From Chrysomallon squamiferum (lineage: Eukaryota > Animalia > Mollusca): a stretch of 64,000 nucleotides of DNA. Below the pieces are notes generated by a model. It did no database searches and had not been told where the DNA came from. It saw nothing but the letters and a program-made list of their open reading frames with translations. A program made the position numbers and the translations under genes. The stretch lies in contig CM022679.1 of assembly GCA_012295275.1 (NCBI GenBank), forward strand, positions 19,716,001 through 19,780,000, in the 5' to 3' direction. Below are positions 1 through 13,300 of this stretch, one piece after another; positions within the stretch are counted from its first letter, which is position 1; each line of letters begins with the position of its first letter.

Positions 1-3000
1 TACCACAGTCCTCGCCACAGATGATGATGGGGTTAGCTTACTATTATTTAGTCAAAATATTTTGATTTTTGTATGTATGTGTGAATGTATGTAAATGTGT
101 GTGAGTGTGTGTGTGTGTGTGTGTGTGAGTGTGTGTGAGTGTGTGTGTGAGTGCATGTGTGAGTGTGTGTGAGCATGAGCGTGAGTGAGTGCATGAGTGT
201 GTGAGCGTGTGTGTGAGTGTGTGTGAGTGCGTGAGTGAGCGTGAGTGCATATGTGAGTGTGTGTGTGAGTGTGTGAGTGTGTGTGTGAGTGTGTGTGTGT
301 GAGTTTGTGTGAGTGTGTGTGTGTGAGTTTGTGTGAGTGTGTGTGTGTGTGTGTGTGAGTGTGTGTGAGTGTGTGTGTGTGTGATTTTTATTAATATTTT
401 ATTTAAGAGAACAGTTTTATATTATGTCTGAGTGTATATATAATTATGTATTGACTTTTTTGTTTCTCCAGGACAAGCCAACATACAGTTTACTTACAGA
501 CAGTGAATATTTCCTTCTGAACAGTGTGACAGGAGAGATGATTCTCATGAAATCACTTAGTAATGTTACTGGTACAAAGTTTGAGGTATGTATAACACAC
601 CATTCAAATAATGTCATAGCTTTTATGGATTATATATTAATTCATGACTAAGAAAAACTATTTTTCTATTGCTAAGCAAATTTTCTGATGTTTATCTTAC
701 CTTTTCAATCATTTTTAATAGCAATATAAGGCTGTTTTATGACAAAAAAAACACATTCTGTTAAATCCTGAAGACTTGTGAATTAATGGATTGAGTAATG
801 ACAACTCTCTGTTAATTGTCTAGTTAAGAATCCAGGCCTCAGACAGAACTGTACTGCCAAACTATGGAGAGACAACACTTGTGGTTTCTGTCAAACAAAG
901 CAAAAGACAAGCAGAGTTTATACAGGAACCCTATGTTGTTAAAGATCTGCTTGAAAACACACCTGTTGGAACCACAGTCTTCAGAAACATTGCTGCCAGG
1001 GATGACAATCTTCAGGTACGAGTGACTCTAAAATAAAACAGTTTGAAATAAAGATGTGACAGAATAGAAGTGAAAGATTCACTTTCTTCAAGACATTTAA
1101 AGTAACTAATTGAATTTTGATGAGAACTATGTGTGTGTTTCTAGGTATTTTTATTTTTTTATTTTATTTTTTTATTTATTTATTATTTTCACATGTTTAA
1201 TTTTTATTTATATCAATTTCAACAGGGATCACTGACATATGAAGCAATAGGTATCTATCCAGCAGAAAACTTTTTCAGCATCGACGAAAGTGATGGAACA
1301 ATTAGTATTGTTAGAGATCTCAGAATGGACACAACAGCTTCTGCTACATATAGGGTTAAGTCAGCTTTGTGAACTCATCTTCAGACTTAAATGTTTTTAT
1401 ATTTTTATGTAAAATTTTCTACTAATTCAATCTAATTCATAATTCCTAATTAAGAATGTATTATAATACAGTTTTTAAAGTTTTTGAAATATGAAGACAA
1501 AATTATTTGTATTCATATTCTTATATTTTTTTTAATGATGACGGTAAAGGTTTCTAGAATACTCTATCTCTATTCTACTTATTATCACCGCAGTTTTAAA
1601 TGAATAATTGATTTTATTATATTCAATCATGATCAAAGAAAATTCTTTTTATTAAAGTGAAATTGTGGTTTTCAGCTGGAAGTAGTTGTGTTTGACAGTG
1701 GAGACCATCACAACAGAGACACATCGACAGTGACAATCTCTGTGATTAGAAACCCCCATACACCAGAGTTTGACCGTCATTCATATCATCAAGTCATATC
1801 TGAATATGTCCGTGTTCAGCATGTTGTACAGACTGTCAGAGCTACAGATGCTGATAACCAGCTGGTCAGTATACCAGTGATTTATGATATTTACAGTAAA
1901 TTATAATTAAAAGTACATAATATTTGAAAAGTTATTAATATTAAATCTGTGTCAAACTCAAAGAGAATACAATAAATTTAATGTATTAAAAGAATCACTC
2001 AAATTTTTTGAGTCTTTATATAAAATGTATATGATGTTTTTTTACATACAGTTTGATATAAAATGTAACTGCTATTTTTAAGGAATTGTCATGTTAACAA
2101 AAACACATTCTTTCTTTCTTGTTTCAGTATTCCACAGGCCACATTCAGTACAAGATAGTTAAGTCAGATCCTCCTAATGGTCTGGAATTTTTCATCATGA
2201 CTCCTATGTCAGGAGACATTGTCCTGGCGAGAAGTCTGAGAACTGAGTCAGCTCCTAGTTTATTTAATGTAAGTTTGTCATCTCAGTGTTTTCTGTCATC
2301 TCAGTGTTGTTTGTCATCTCAGTGTTGTTTGTCATCTCAATGTTGTTTGTCATCTTAATGTAAGTTTGTCATCTCAGTGTTGTTTCTCATCTCAGAGTTG
2401 TTTCTCATCTCAGAGTTGTTTCTCATCTCAGAGTTGTTTGTCATCTCAGTGTTGTTTCTCATCTCAGTGTTGTTTGTCATCTCAGTGTTGTCTGCCATCT
2501 CAGTGTTGTTTGTCAACTTAATGTAAATTTGTCATGTCAGAGTTGTTTGTCATCTCAGTGTTGTTTGTCATCTCAGTGTTGTCTGTCATCTCAGTGTTGT
2601 CTGTCAGCTCAGTGTTGTTTGTCAGCTCAGTGTTGTTTGTCAGCTCAGAGTTGTTTGTCATCTCAGTGTTGTCTGCCATCTCAGTGTTGTTTGTCAGCTC
2701 AGAGTTGTTTGTCAGTTCAGTGTTGTTTGTCAACTTAATGTAAGTTTGTCATCTCAGTGTTGTTTGTCATCTCAGTGTTGTCTGTCAGCTCAGTGTTGTT
2801 TGTCATCTCAGTGTTGTTTGTCAGCTCAGTGTTGTCTGCCATCTCAGTGTTGTTTGTCAGCTCAGAGTTGTTTGTCAGTTCAGTGTTGTTTGTCATCTCA
2901 GAGTTGTTTGTCAGCTCAGAGTTGTTTGTCAGTTCAGTGTTGTTTCTCATCTCAGAGTTGTTTGTCATCTCAGTGTTGTTTCTCATCTCAGTGTTGTTTC

Positions 3001-6000
3001 TCATCTCAGTGTTGTTTGTCAGCTCAGTGTTGTTTGTCAGCTCAGTGTTGTTTGACATCTCAGTGTTGTCTGCCATCTCAGTGTTGTTTGTCAACTTAAT
3101 GTAAATTTGTCAGCTCAGAGTTGTTTGTCAGTTCAGTGTTGTTTCTCATCTCAGAGTTGTTTGTCATCTCAGTGTTGTTTGTCATCTCAGTGTTGTTTCT
3201 CATCTCAGTGTTGTGTGTCAGCTCAAAGTTGTTTGTCATCTCAGTGTTGTTTCTCATCTCAGTGTTGTTTGTCATCTCAGTGTTGTGTGTCATCTCAGTG
3301 TTTTCTGTCATCTCAGTGTTGTTTGTCATCTCAGTGTTGTTTGTCATCTTAATGTAAGTTTGTCATCTCAGTGTTGTTTGTCATCTCAGTGTTGTTTGTC
3401 ATCTCAGTGTTGTTTGTCATCTTAACGTAAGCTTGTCATCTCAGTGTTGTTTGTCATCTCAGAGTTGTTTGTCATCTCAGTGTTGTTTGTCATCTCAGAG
3501 TTGTTTGTCATCTCAGTGTTGTTTGTCATCTCAGAGTTGTTTGTCATCTCAGTGTTGTTTGTCAACTCATTGTTGTTTGTCATCTCAGTGTTGTCTGTCA
3601 TCTCAGTGTTGTTTGTCATCTCAGAGTTGTTTGTCATCTCAGTGTTGTTTGTCAACTCAGTGTTGTTTGTCATCTCAGTGTTGTTTGTCAACTTAATGTA
3701 AATTTGTCATCTCAGTGTTGTTTGTCAGCTCAGTGTTGTGTGTCATCTCAGTGTTGTTTGTCAACTTAATGTAAATTTGTCATGTCAGAGTTGTTTGTCA
3801 TCTCAGAGTTGTTTGTCAGCTCAGTGTTGTTTGTCATCTCAGTGTTGTTTGTCATCTCAGTGTTGTCTGCCATCTCAGTGTTGTTTGTCAACTTAATGTA
3901 AATTTGTCAGCTCAGAGTTGTTTGTCAGTTCAGTGTTGTTTCTCATCTCAGAGTTGTTTGTCATCTCAGTGTTGTTTGTCATCTCAGTGTTGTTTCTCAT
4001 CTCAGTGTTGTGTGTCAGCTCAGAGTTGTTTGTCATCTCAGTGTTGTTTCTCATCTCAGTGTTGTTTGTCATCTCAGTGTTGTGTGTCATCTCAGTGTTT
4101 TCTGTCATCTCAGTGTTGTTTGTCATCTCAGAGTTGTTTGTCATCTCAGTGTTGTTTGTCATCTCAGTGTTGTTTGTCATCTTAATGTAAGTTTGTCATC
4201 TCAGTGTTGTTTGTCATCTCAGTGTTGTTTGTCATCTCAGAGTTGTTTGTCATCTTAACGTAAGCTTGTCATCTCAGTGTTGTTTGTCATCTCAATGTTG
4301 TTTGTCATCTCAGAGTTGTTTGTCATCTCAGTGTTGTTTGTCATCTCAGAGTTGTTTGTCAGTTCAGTGTTGTTTGTCATCTCAGTGTTGTTTGTCATCT
4401 CAGAGTTGTTTGTCAGTTCAGTGTTGTTTGTCATCTCAGAGTTGTTTGTCAGCTCAGTGTTGTTTGTCATCTCAGTGTTGTTTGTCATCTTAGTGTTGTT
4501 TGTCATCTCAGTGTTGTTTGTCATCTCAGTGTTGTTTGTCATCTCAGTGTTGTTTGTCATCTTAACGTAAGCTTGTCATCTCAGTGTTGTTTGTCATCTC
4601 AGTGTTGTTTGTCATCTCAGAGTTGTTTGTCATCTCAGTGTTGTTTGTCATCTCAGAGTTGTTTGTCATCTCAGTGTTGTTTGTCATCTTAGTGTTGTTT
4701 GTCATCTCAGTGTTGTTTGTCATCTCAGTGTTGTTTGTCATCTCAGTGTTGTTTGTCATCTTAACGTAAGCTTGTCATCTCAGTGTTGTTTGTCATCTCA
4801 GAGTTGTTTGTCATCTCAGTGTTGTTTGTCAACTCAGTGTTGTTTGTCATCTCAGTGTTGTCTGTCATCTCAGTGTTGTTTGTCATCTCAGAGTTGTTTG
4901 TCATCTCAGTGTTGTTTGTCAACTCAGTGTTGTTTGTCATCTCAGTGTTGTTTGTCAACTTAATGTAAATTTGTCATCTCAGTGTTGTTTGTCAGCTCAG
5001 TGTTGTGTCATCTCAGTGTTGTTTGTCAACTTAATGTAAATTTGTCATCTCAGAGTTGTTTGTCATCTCAATGTTGTTTGTCATCTCAGAGTTGTTTGTC
5101 ATCTCAGTGTTGTTTGTCAGCTCAGTGTTTGTCATCTCAGTGTTGTTTGTCGTCTCAGTGTTGTCTGTCATCTCAGTGTTGTTTGTCAGCTCAGTGTTGT
5201 GTGTCATCTCAGTGTTGTTTGTCAACTTAATGTAAATTTGTCATCTCAGAGTTGTTTGTCATCTCAGAGTTGTTTGTCATCTCAGAGTTGTTTGTCATCT
5301 CAGTGTTGTTTGTCATCTCAGAGTTGTTTGTCATCTCAGTGTTGTTTGTTATCTCAGTGTTGTGTGTCATCTCAGTGTTGTCTGCCATCTCAGTGTTGTT
5401 TGTCAACTTAATGTAAATTTGTCATGTCAGAGTTGTTTGTCATCTCAGTGTTGTTTGTCATCTCAGTGTTGTCTGTCATCTCAGTGTTGTCTGCCATCTC
5501 AGTGTTTGTCAGTTCAGTGTTGTTTGTCATCTCAGTGTTGTGTGTCATCTCGGTGTTGTCTGCCATCTCAGTGTTTGTCAGTTCAGTGTTGTCTGCCATC
5601 TCACTGTTGTGTGTCATCTCGGTGTTGTTTGTCAGTTCAGTGTTGTTTGTCAGTTCAGTGTTGTTTGTCATCTCAGTGTTGTTTGTCATCTCAGTGTTGT
5701 TTGTCAGCTCAGAGTTGTTTGTCAGTTCAGTGTTGTTTCTCATCTCAGAGTTGTTTGTCATCTCAGTGTTGTTTCTCATCTCAGTGTTGTTTGTCAACTT
5801 AATGTAAATTTGTCAGCTCAGAGTTGTTTGTCAGTTCAGTGTTGTTTCTCATGTCAGAGTTGTTTGTCATCTCAGAGTTGTTTGTCATCTCAGTGTTGTT
5901 TCTCATCTCAGAGTTGTTTCTCATCTCAGTGTTGTTTGTCATCTCAGTGTTGTGTGTCATCTCAGTGTTGTTTGTCATCTCAGTGTTGTTTGTCATCTTA

Positions 6001-7271
6001 ATGTAAGTTTGTCATCTCAGTGTTGTTTGTCATCTCAGTGTTGTTTGTCAGTTCAGTGTTGTTTGTCAACTCAGTGTTGTTTGTCATCTCAGTGTTATTT
6101 GTCAACTCAGTGTTGTTTGTCATCTCAGTGTTGTTTGTCAACTCAGTGTTGTTTGTCATCTCAGTGTTGTTTGTCATCTCAGTGTTGTTTGTCATCTCAG
6201 TGTTGTCTGTCATCTCACTGTTGTGTGTCATCTCAGTGTTGTCTGTCATCTCAGTGTTGTCTGTCATCTCAGTGTTGTCTGTCATCTCAGTGTTGTCTGT
6301 CATCTCAGTGTTGTCTGTCATCTCAGTGTTGTTTGTCATCTCAGTGTTTGTCAACTTAATGTAAATTTGTCATCTCAGTGTTGTTTGTCAGTTCAGTGTT
6401 GTTTGTCATCTCAGTGTTGTTTGTCATCTTAATGTAAGTTTGTCATCTCAGTGTTGTTTGTCATCTCAGTGTTGTTTGTCATCTCAGTGTTGTTTGTCAT
6501 CTCAGTGTTGTCTGTCATCTCAGTGTTGTTTGTCATCTCAGTGTTGTCTGTCATCTCAGTGTTGTTTGTCAACTTAATGTAAATTTGTCATCTCAGTGTT
6601 GTTTGTCAACTCAGTGTTTTTGTCAGCTGCTTGTAAAAGTGACTGGTCATGACACCTGTAGCGTGTGTGTTTAGTTTATTATTGTTTGTTTTTCTTTTAT
6701 TTAATTTAATTTTGTTTTTATTTTGTTATTTTTTTTTTTTTTTGTGGTTTTTATTATTATTATTTATATTCTTTTTCTGGCTTTTTTAAATTACTTTATC
6801 TTTACTAATTTCATTAAGTTGGTTAGCTAGGTGGTATTTTTATATTATTAATTTTTATGTGTTTAATGTTTTAATTTTATTTATTATTTATTTTATATTA
6901 TTAATATTTATTTATTTATTTTTATTTATTTGTTATGTTTGTTGTTTATTTTGTTTTTTCTTTTCATCTTTCATTATTATTTATGTATTATTTCGGACTT
7001 TTGGTTTAACCTTTTTTTCATGTTCTGTAGTGATCAGTTGTTGTTTTTTCCTGTTGAAAATATTTCAGATTTCAGTTTTATTATTAAACACACAATTTCA
7101 AAATGATTCATAATACCTTAAAGATCTGAAATACTATTTATTTTTAAATATTATTTCTCAATGCTTTGAAAACCATTATACAAGCATGCTAGATTCTAGT
7201 CCCAAGATTTTAAAAATTGATTAAGTTATGAAATATAATTCAATAATTATTAATATTTGATTTCAAAACTG

Positions 7272-7335
<64 letters not shown>

Positions 7336-10300
7336 TATTCAGTTTTAAATTATCTTTTTTAATATTGAAATATTTATAATATATTTAATTAGTTATTCCA
7401 TACTTAGACAACATGATATTAAAATTAAATAAATAAATATAAAAATAGGACTTATTAATAAATTAGTGTTTTTCTTTCCTTACAGTTAACAGTTACTGCC
7501 ACTGATGATTCTGTTAATCCGAAGACAGCCACAGCGCAGGTAGTCGTTGCAGTGGTGCGCAATCTCTACTCTCCTGTGTTTGATGTTTCACAGTTCACAG
7601 CCAGCATCAGTGACACTGACCCAGCAGGAACAGTCATCACTGTGGTCTCAGCTTACGATGAAGATGAAGATATTGAGAAAAATAAAAATGTGAGTGGGTA
7701 GGAAGGGTAACATTTGGTACATTTAAACTGAAAACTATGTGGATGTTTTTTTGGTTGTTGATGTTGTGCTATACTGACTGCATTTATTTTTAAAATTAAA
7801 AATAAATTTAACAAGGTGCCTTCTTATAATGACTAAAATACAAAAACGAGTTTCATTTTTGAACTGATTTTTGCCAAAGTTTATACAGATTAATCAAACA
7901 TCAAAGCTGAATAGATTAATAAAATATTTCTTACATGTGATTAAACTAAATATAACTGTTGTGTTTTCTTTAGACTCCGAATGCCAAAATATCCTACAAG
8001 ATTATTCATGAAAATCAGCTGGAATCACAATTTTTTGAAATTACTGTCAAAGGAGAGATATTTATTGTGAAACCAATTCTACAAAGATATTCTCTGGGTT
8101 CAAGAATCACTGTAAGTGTTAATGAATTTTAAATGAAAAACAGATGGGACTTTTTTTAATATGAAAGTGTTTTTCATTTCATTTTTGTATATAAATACAT
8201 ACAGGGTTAGTCAAAAGTAGTGCCCAGTTTGGTTCAGTTTGGTGACAATTCAGTAACTTTCTAAACTAACAGCAATAATTTAGAATTTTTTTTTTTTTTA
8301 AATTATGAATTATAGAAATTAATAATGCAAGACATTAATTAACAACATGGCATCATAAGCCATACATAGACAGACACATACATGTCTACCTATTTGAGTG
8401 TGTGTCAAGAGCTCAGGTTTAAAATATTTAATATTTCTTTATTATATTTTATTATTAATACAGTTTCTTGTTCGAGCAACTGATAATGGTTGGCAGCCCA
8501 AGTTTTCAGAGGTTCCAGTCATAGTTGATGTCACATACAGCAACGCTCATCTGGGAGAGCCTGGATTTATTCAGCCTCAATATCAGTAAGTTAGTCAGAC
8601 TGAGCCACAGTTCATTTACTGAGTGATCTTTCTAGTTGTCTTTCTGAGATTTACACATTTGTTTTAATTATATGCAGTTAACAGCAGGGGGGATTACACT
8701 GTAATTGCAACTCACAAATAAGCCATCTGAATGAGTTTGATTTCATTACAAATCCTTATCCTGACACTACATCCAGCTAAATATTTCCATTCCATTGTCT
8801 ACTGAAATTCTGACAAGATGTTCACAACTAAAACTTCCTCCTTAGAATAAGACACATTTTTCACTTTACATTTCATTGTGATTACATTGAAAACAACAAA
8901 GAATGTCCATACTGCATTATTTGTTATAGAAAAACTGATGGCCTAAACTAAGTATGAAATAATATTGTACCCTAATGATCTAAATTTAGAAAATATTTTT
9001 GGATTAAATAAATTTTTTGTGTTAGATTTTTTACTTGAATTTTGATTCATTAATAAAATGAATGAATAATAATGTTAATAAAATAAGTTGATTAATGTTT
9101 CAGTTTGGAACTGTTTGAAAATGCTACTGTGGGCTCTCCCTTACTTCACCTCAACGTGGTAAACTATGAAAGACAAAAAGTTTTCTGTTGGATCAAAAGT
9201 GGAGATGATGAAAGAAATGGTAATATTATTTCTATAACTTTCTTTGACAATTTGTCAAGAAAAATAACTTGATCACAATTATCTTCTTAAAAGGAAAAGA
9301 TTTTAATATGTTTCAAAATGTAAAACAATTTATAAAAAGAGATTAAATTAATTATTTTTAAAGTGTCTTATTTCTACATTTATTTATTATTTTTCTTTTT
9401 ATAGGATTTTGGCAAAACTTAAACATTAAACATTTTTATATATACTTATTGCACACACACACACACACACACATGAATACACACATACACACACAGAGGC
9501 ATACAAAAATATAAATAAAAAACAACAACTGTATCACTCTTGTATATTTTTGTTTGATATTATTATAAAATTAGAATAATATGCAGTATACAAAGGGTAG
9601 CTTTAGTTGGTATTCATATCTAGAAAACATGCTATTTCAGAATTTTTTGGATCACAAAAATATATGATTGTTGTATGTTAGGTGTGTTCTCAGTGGTAGT
9701 GACTTCCAGCTTGAAGGATTGCAATTTGACTTTGAAACAACCTCTTGACAGAGAAGTCAGAGATTATTATAAGCTTATGATAGCTGTTGGGTCACTGGTA
9801 GATCCAGGACAGAATCGAAAGAAAAGACAGGCTGCTTTAACATACAGTAAGTTCAATGGGACTTTAACATACAGTCAGTTTAACATTACTTTAACACAGA
9901 GTAAGTTTAACATGACCCTAACATACAGTAAGTACAATGGGACTTTAACATACAGTAAGTTCAATGGGACTTTAGCATACAGTAAGTTTAACAATACTTT
10001 AACACAGAGTAAGTTTAACATGACTGTAACATACAGTAAGTTTAACATTACTTTAACATACAGTCAGTTTAACATTACTTTAACACAGAGTAAGTTTAAC
10101 ATGACTGTAACATACAGTAAGTACAATGGGACTTTAACATACAGTAAGTTCAATGGGACTTTAGCATACAGTAAGTTTAACAATACTTTAACACAGAGTA
10201 AGTTTAACATGACTGTAATACATAGTAAGTTTAACATTACTTTAACATACAGTAAGTTTAACATCTTTAGCATAAATTAAGTTTAACATGACTTTAACAT

Positions 10301-13300
10301 ACAGTAAGTTTAACATGACTTTAACATACAGTAAGTTTAACATGGCTTTAACACAGAGTAAGTTTAACATTACTTTAACATACAGTAAGTTTAACATGAC
10401 TTTAACACAGAGTAAGTTTAACATGGATTTAACACAGAGTAAGTTTAACATGGCTTTAACATACAATAAGTTTAACATGACTTTAACATACAATAAGTTT
10501 AACATGACTTTAACATACATTAAGTTTAACATGGCTTTAACATACAATAAGTTTAACATGGCTTTAACACAGAATAAGTTTAACATGACTTTAACATACA
10601 GTAAGTTAACATGGCTTTAACATACATTAAGTTTAACATAACTTTAACATACATTAAGTTTAACATGGCTTTAACACACATTAAGTTTAACATAACTTTA
10701 ACATACATTAAGTTTAACATGGCTTTAACACAGAGTAAGTTTAACATGACTTTAACATACAGTAAGTTTAACATGGCTTTAATACAGAGTAAGTTTAACA
10801 TGGCTTTAACATGGCTTTAACATAGAGTAAGTTTAACATGACTGTAACATACAGTTAATTTAACATGGCTTTAATACAGAGTAAGTTTAACATGACTGTA
10901 ATATACAGTAAGTTTAACATGGCTTTAATATATAGTAAGTTCAGTGAAGTCAACATGTAGGAAATTTGATATAACTTTATCAAGGCAGGTTTAAGAGTAA
11001 ATAGCTGGTTTAATAATGACTTAAAATACAGCTCACCCTAAAATGTAAACTGTAGTGTTTAGTGTATATAGCAAAGACATATTTAATTATATATATTATT
11101 AAATGTTATAAATACAGTAATGTTAATAAAACTTTTTTTAATTTTTTATTCTAGATACTTGGAAAGAGGCCGATATTTACATATACATTAATGATGTGAA
11201 TGACAATGCACCTAATTTTGTGTTTCCACGTTATCCATCTGGCTACAACTGGCTCACATACTATGGAGCAGTGTCTAGATTTGCTAATCCACAACAAGTG
11301 ATTCTCACTGTTTCGGTACGAGTAAAGACATACATAGCTTTCAATTGTAAACTTTGTAACAGGGGCAGATAGGTTTCTAACTTGGCTCATAATATCACTA
11401 TCCTGGGAACAAACAACCAAGACATGGTTTCAAATCAAAGAGCTTTAGTACTAGGTAATCCCCAGAAATATTAAAGTACACATTGTAACACTGGCATCTT
11501 GAAGAAGGACAAATTGACCTAGCTTAATAAAACTGTATTTAATTAACACAAATCAGAACAAACCAAACAAAAACAAAAACCCTGATGTTTAGATAAAAAG
11601 AAAATAATTATAAACAAATATATTCAACACAAAATATGATCAAATACATAATATCAATATATAGTTCATTTTAATGAACCCTGAGAAGAAGTCAATTATA
11701 TGCATTTAAATATTAATATTAACTGTCAAAGTTCATTAGTTATAACTTCCTTGAGTAAAACTGCTACAGTTCAGTATTCACATCCATATTATTACATGAT
11801 ATAATAATCATATCTTCCATTAGAAGTAACATAATATAAAACTTATAAATGTATTAATATATTTCCACTCATTCTGATACTAATGAAATAATCTATCAAT
11901 ATAAAATGGGTGATCACTGAATCACTCAAGTCTTAAGAAATTCTTGAAATTCATTCAGTACTAATTAATATTTTACCCAATCCCATGTGTTAAAAGTAAT
12001 CTTTAACAAAAGCAGTTAACTTCAGTTTGGAATTTTAAGCCCACTGATTTTGTAGTAACAGAGGTTCTGTTGTTTTTTGTAGCAACACACATTAACACCA
12101 AATTAATGGGTGTGATTCCACACTGACCTATTTATCTGCTTTTAATCATTTTTACCACTTATGCTAACTAGAACCAGTTACATTGTATAAATCTTTATAA
12201 AAATCTCTATAAAAAGAATATCAGTTACCATATATATTAACAATTACACATAAATATAAAACATGTGCAATATTATAAGTAGTGATGTCACACTAACCCC
12301 ACATGACCAGTGTTGCCACCTAAACAGATATAATGACTATGCATCAGCTGTGTTTACTGAGAAAATACTCTTTGTATCAGTCATGTTTATTATTAAATAT
12401 ATTTTCATATGCAGATTAATACAGATCATGTTAATTATTATAAACTGTTGCCACTAAACATATGCCAAGGCCTTACAAAAAAACTGTGCAGTAGCATATT
12501 CAAAACAAATAAAGTCCACAAGCAAAACTGGGGAGTAAAATGCTTAGAATATATTGTCTCTTTTTTTATATACAATATCTTAATTACTTTTTCAGTAGAC
12601 ATATTAAAATTAATGCAGTAATCCCAAACTAATTACAGATTTCAGCTGACAGTAATCTAGGATCTTTTCTGTCAAGGACCAGAGCACAGTTCTTTCTCTC
12701 TGAGAACATTTCTCCCTGAACTCCAAGCAGCTGTTGCCATGTATGATCATGTCACATGACCATACAGTCCTGGTGCTGTCAAAGCTCCCAAATGGAGGCA
12801 GTGATAGCATCTTGCTAGCACTTACTCCCCAGATTACTTTTATGAACTAATTGCTTTAAAAACATTAAATACTAACTTTATAGAAAAGGAAACACTGGTT
12901 ATTTTTCAGTTCTATATATTCTGGAAAATATTAAAGTGTGGTTTCTCACATGAAGGGTTTCAGTATCATTTTGTCTTTAGAAAGAAAAGATGTATTTTTG
13001 TCTGAACTGAACTGATTTTCTTTTTTTCTTTTTTTTTGTGCATGTGTGTGTGAGGTTATTCATAATTGTTATTTATTTACTTTTAATTTACATTTCAAAT
13101 TTGTTAAATAATCTGACATTATATGAATTAAAAGAAATTAGCCTACCATTACAAAGGTAAAAATTAACATAATAATATTCTCAAAAAAATGTGTGTTTTA
13201 TTCATACATGTATTATGCTATTCATTTACAGGCTACAGATCCTGATCTTGGCCCTAATGGAGACATAGAATATATTTTAGATCCAACAATTCTGAATGTT

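Noticed and set aside
2518-6432. Dozens of Cys-rich (SSQCCL), MTNNTE and VISVLF repeat ORFs
   Set aside because: Translations of the 18-bp minisatellite inside a cadherin intron; interrupted by the 19-bp units and without independent gene structure.
2263-10943. CRISPR-like repeat arrays
   Set aside because: Head-to-tail repeats without unique spacers, no cas genes, eukaryotic intronic context.
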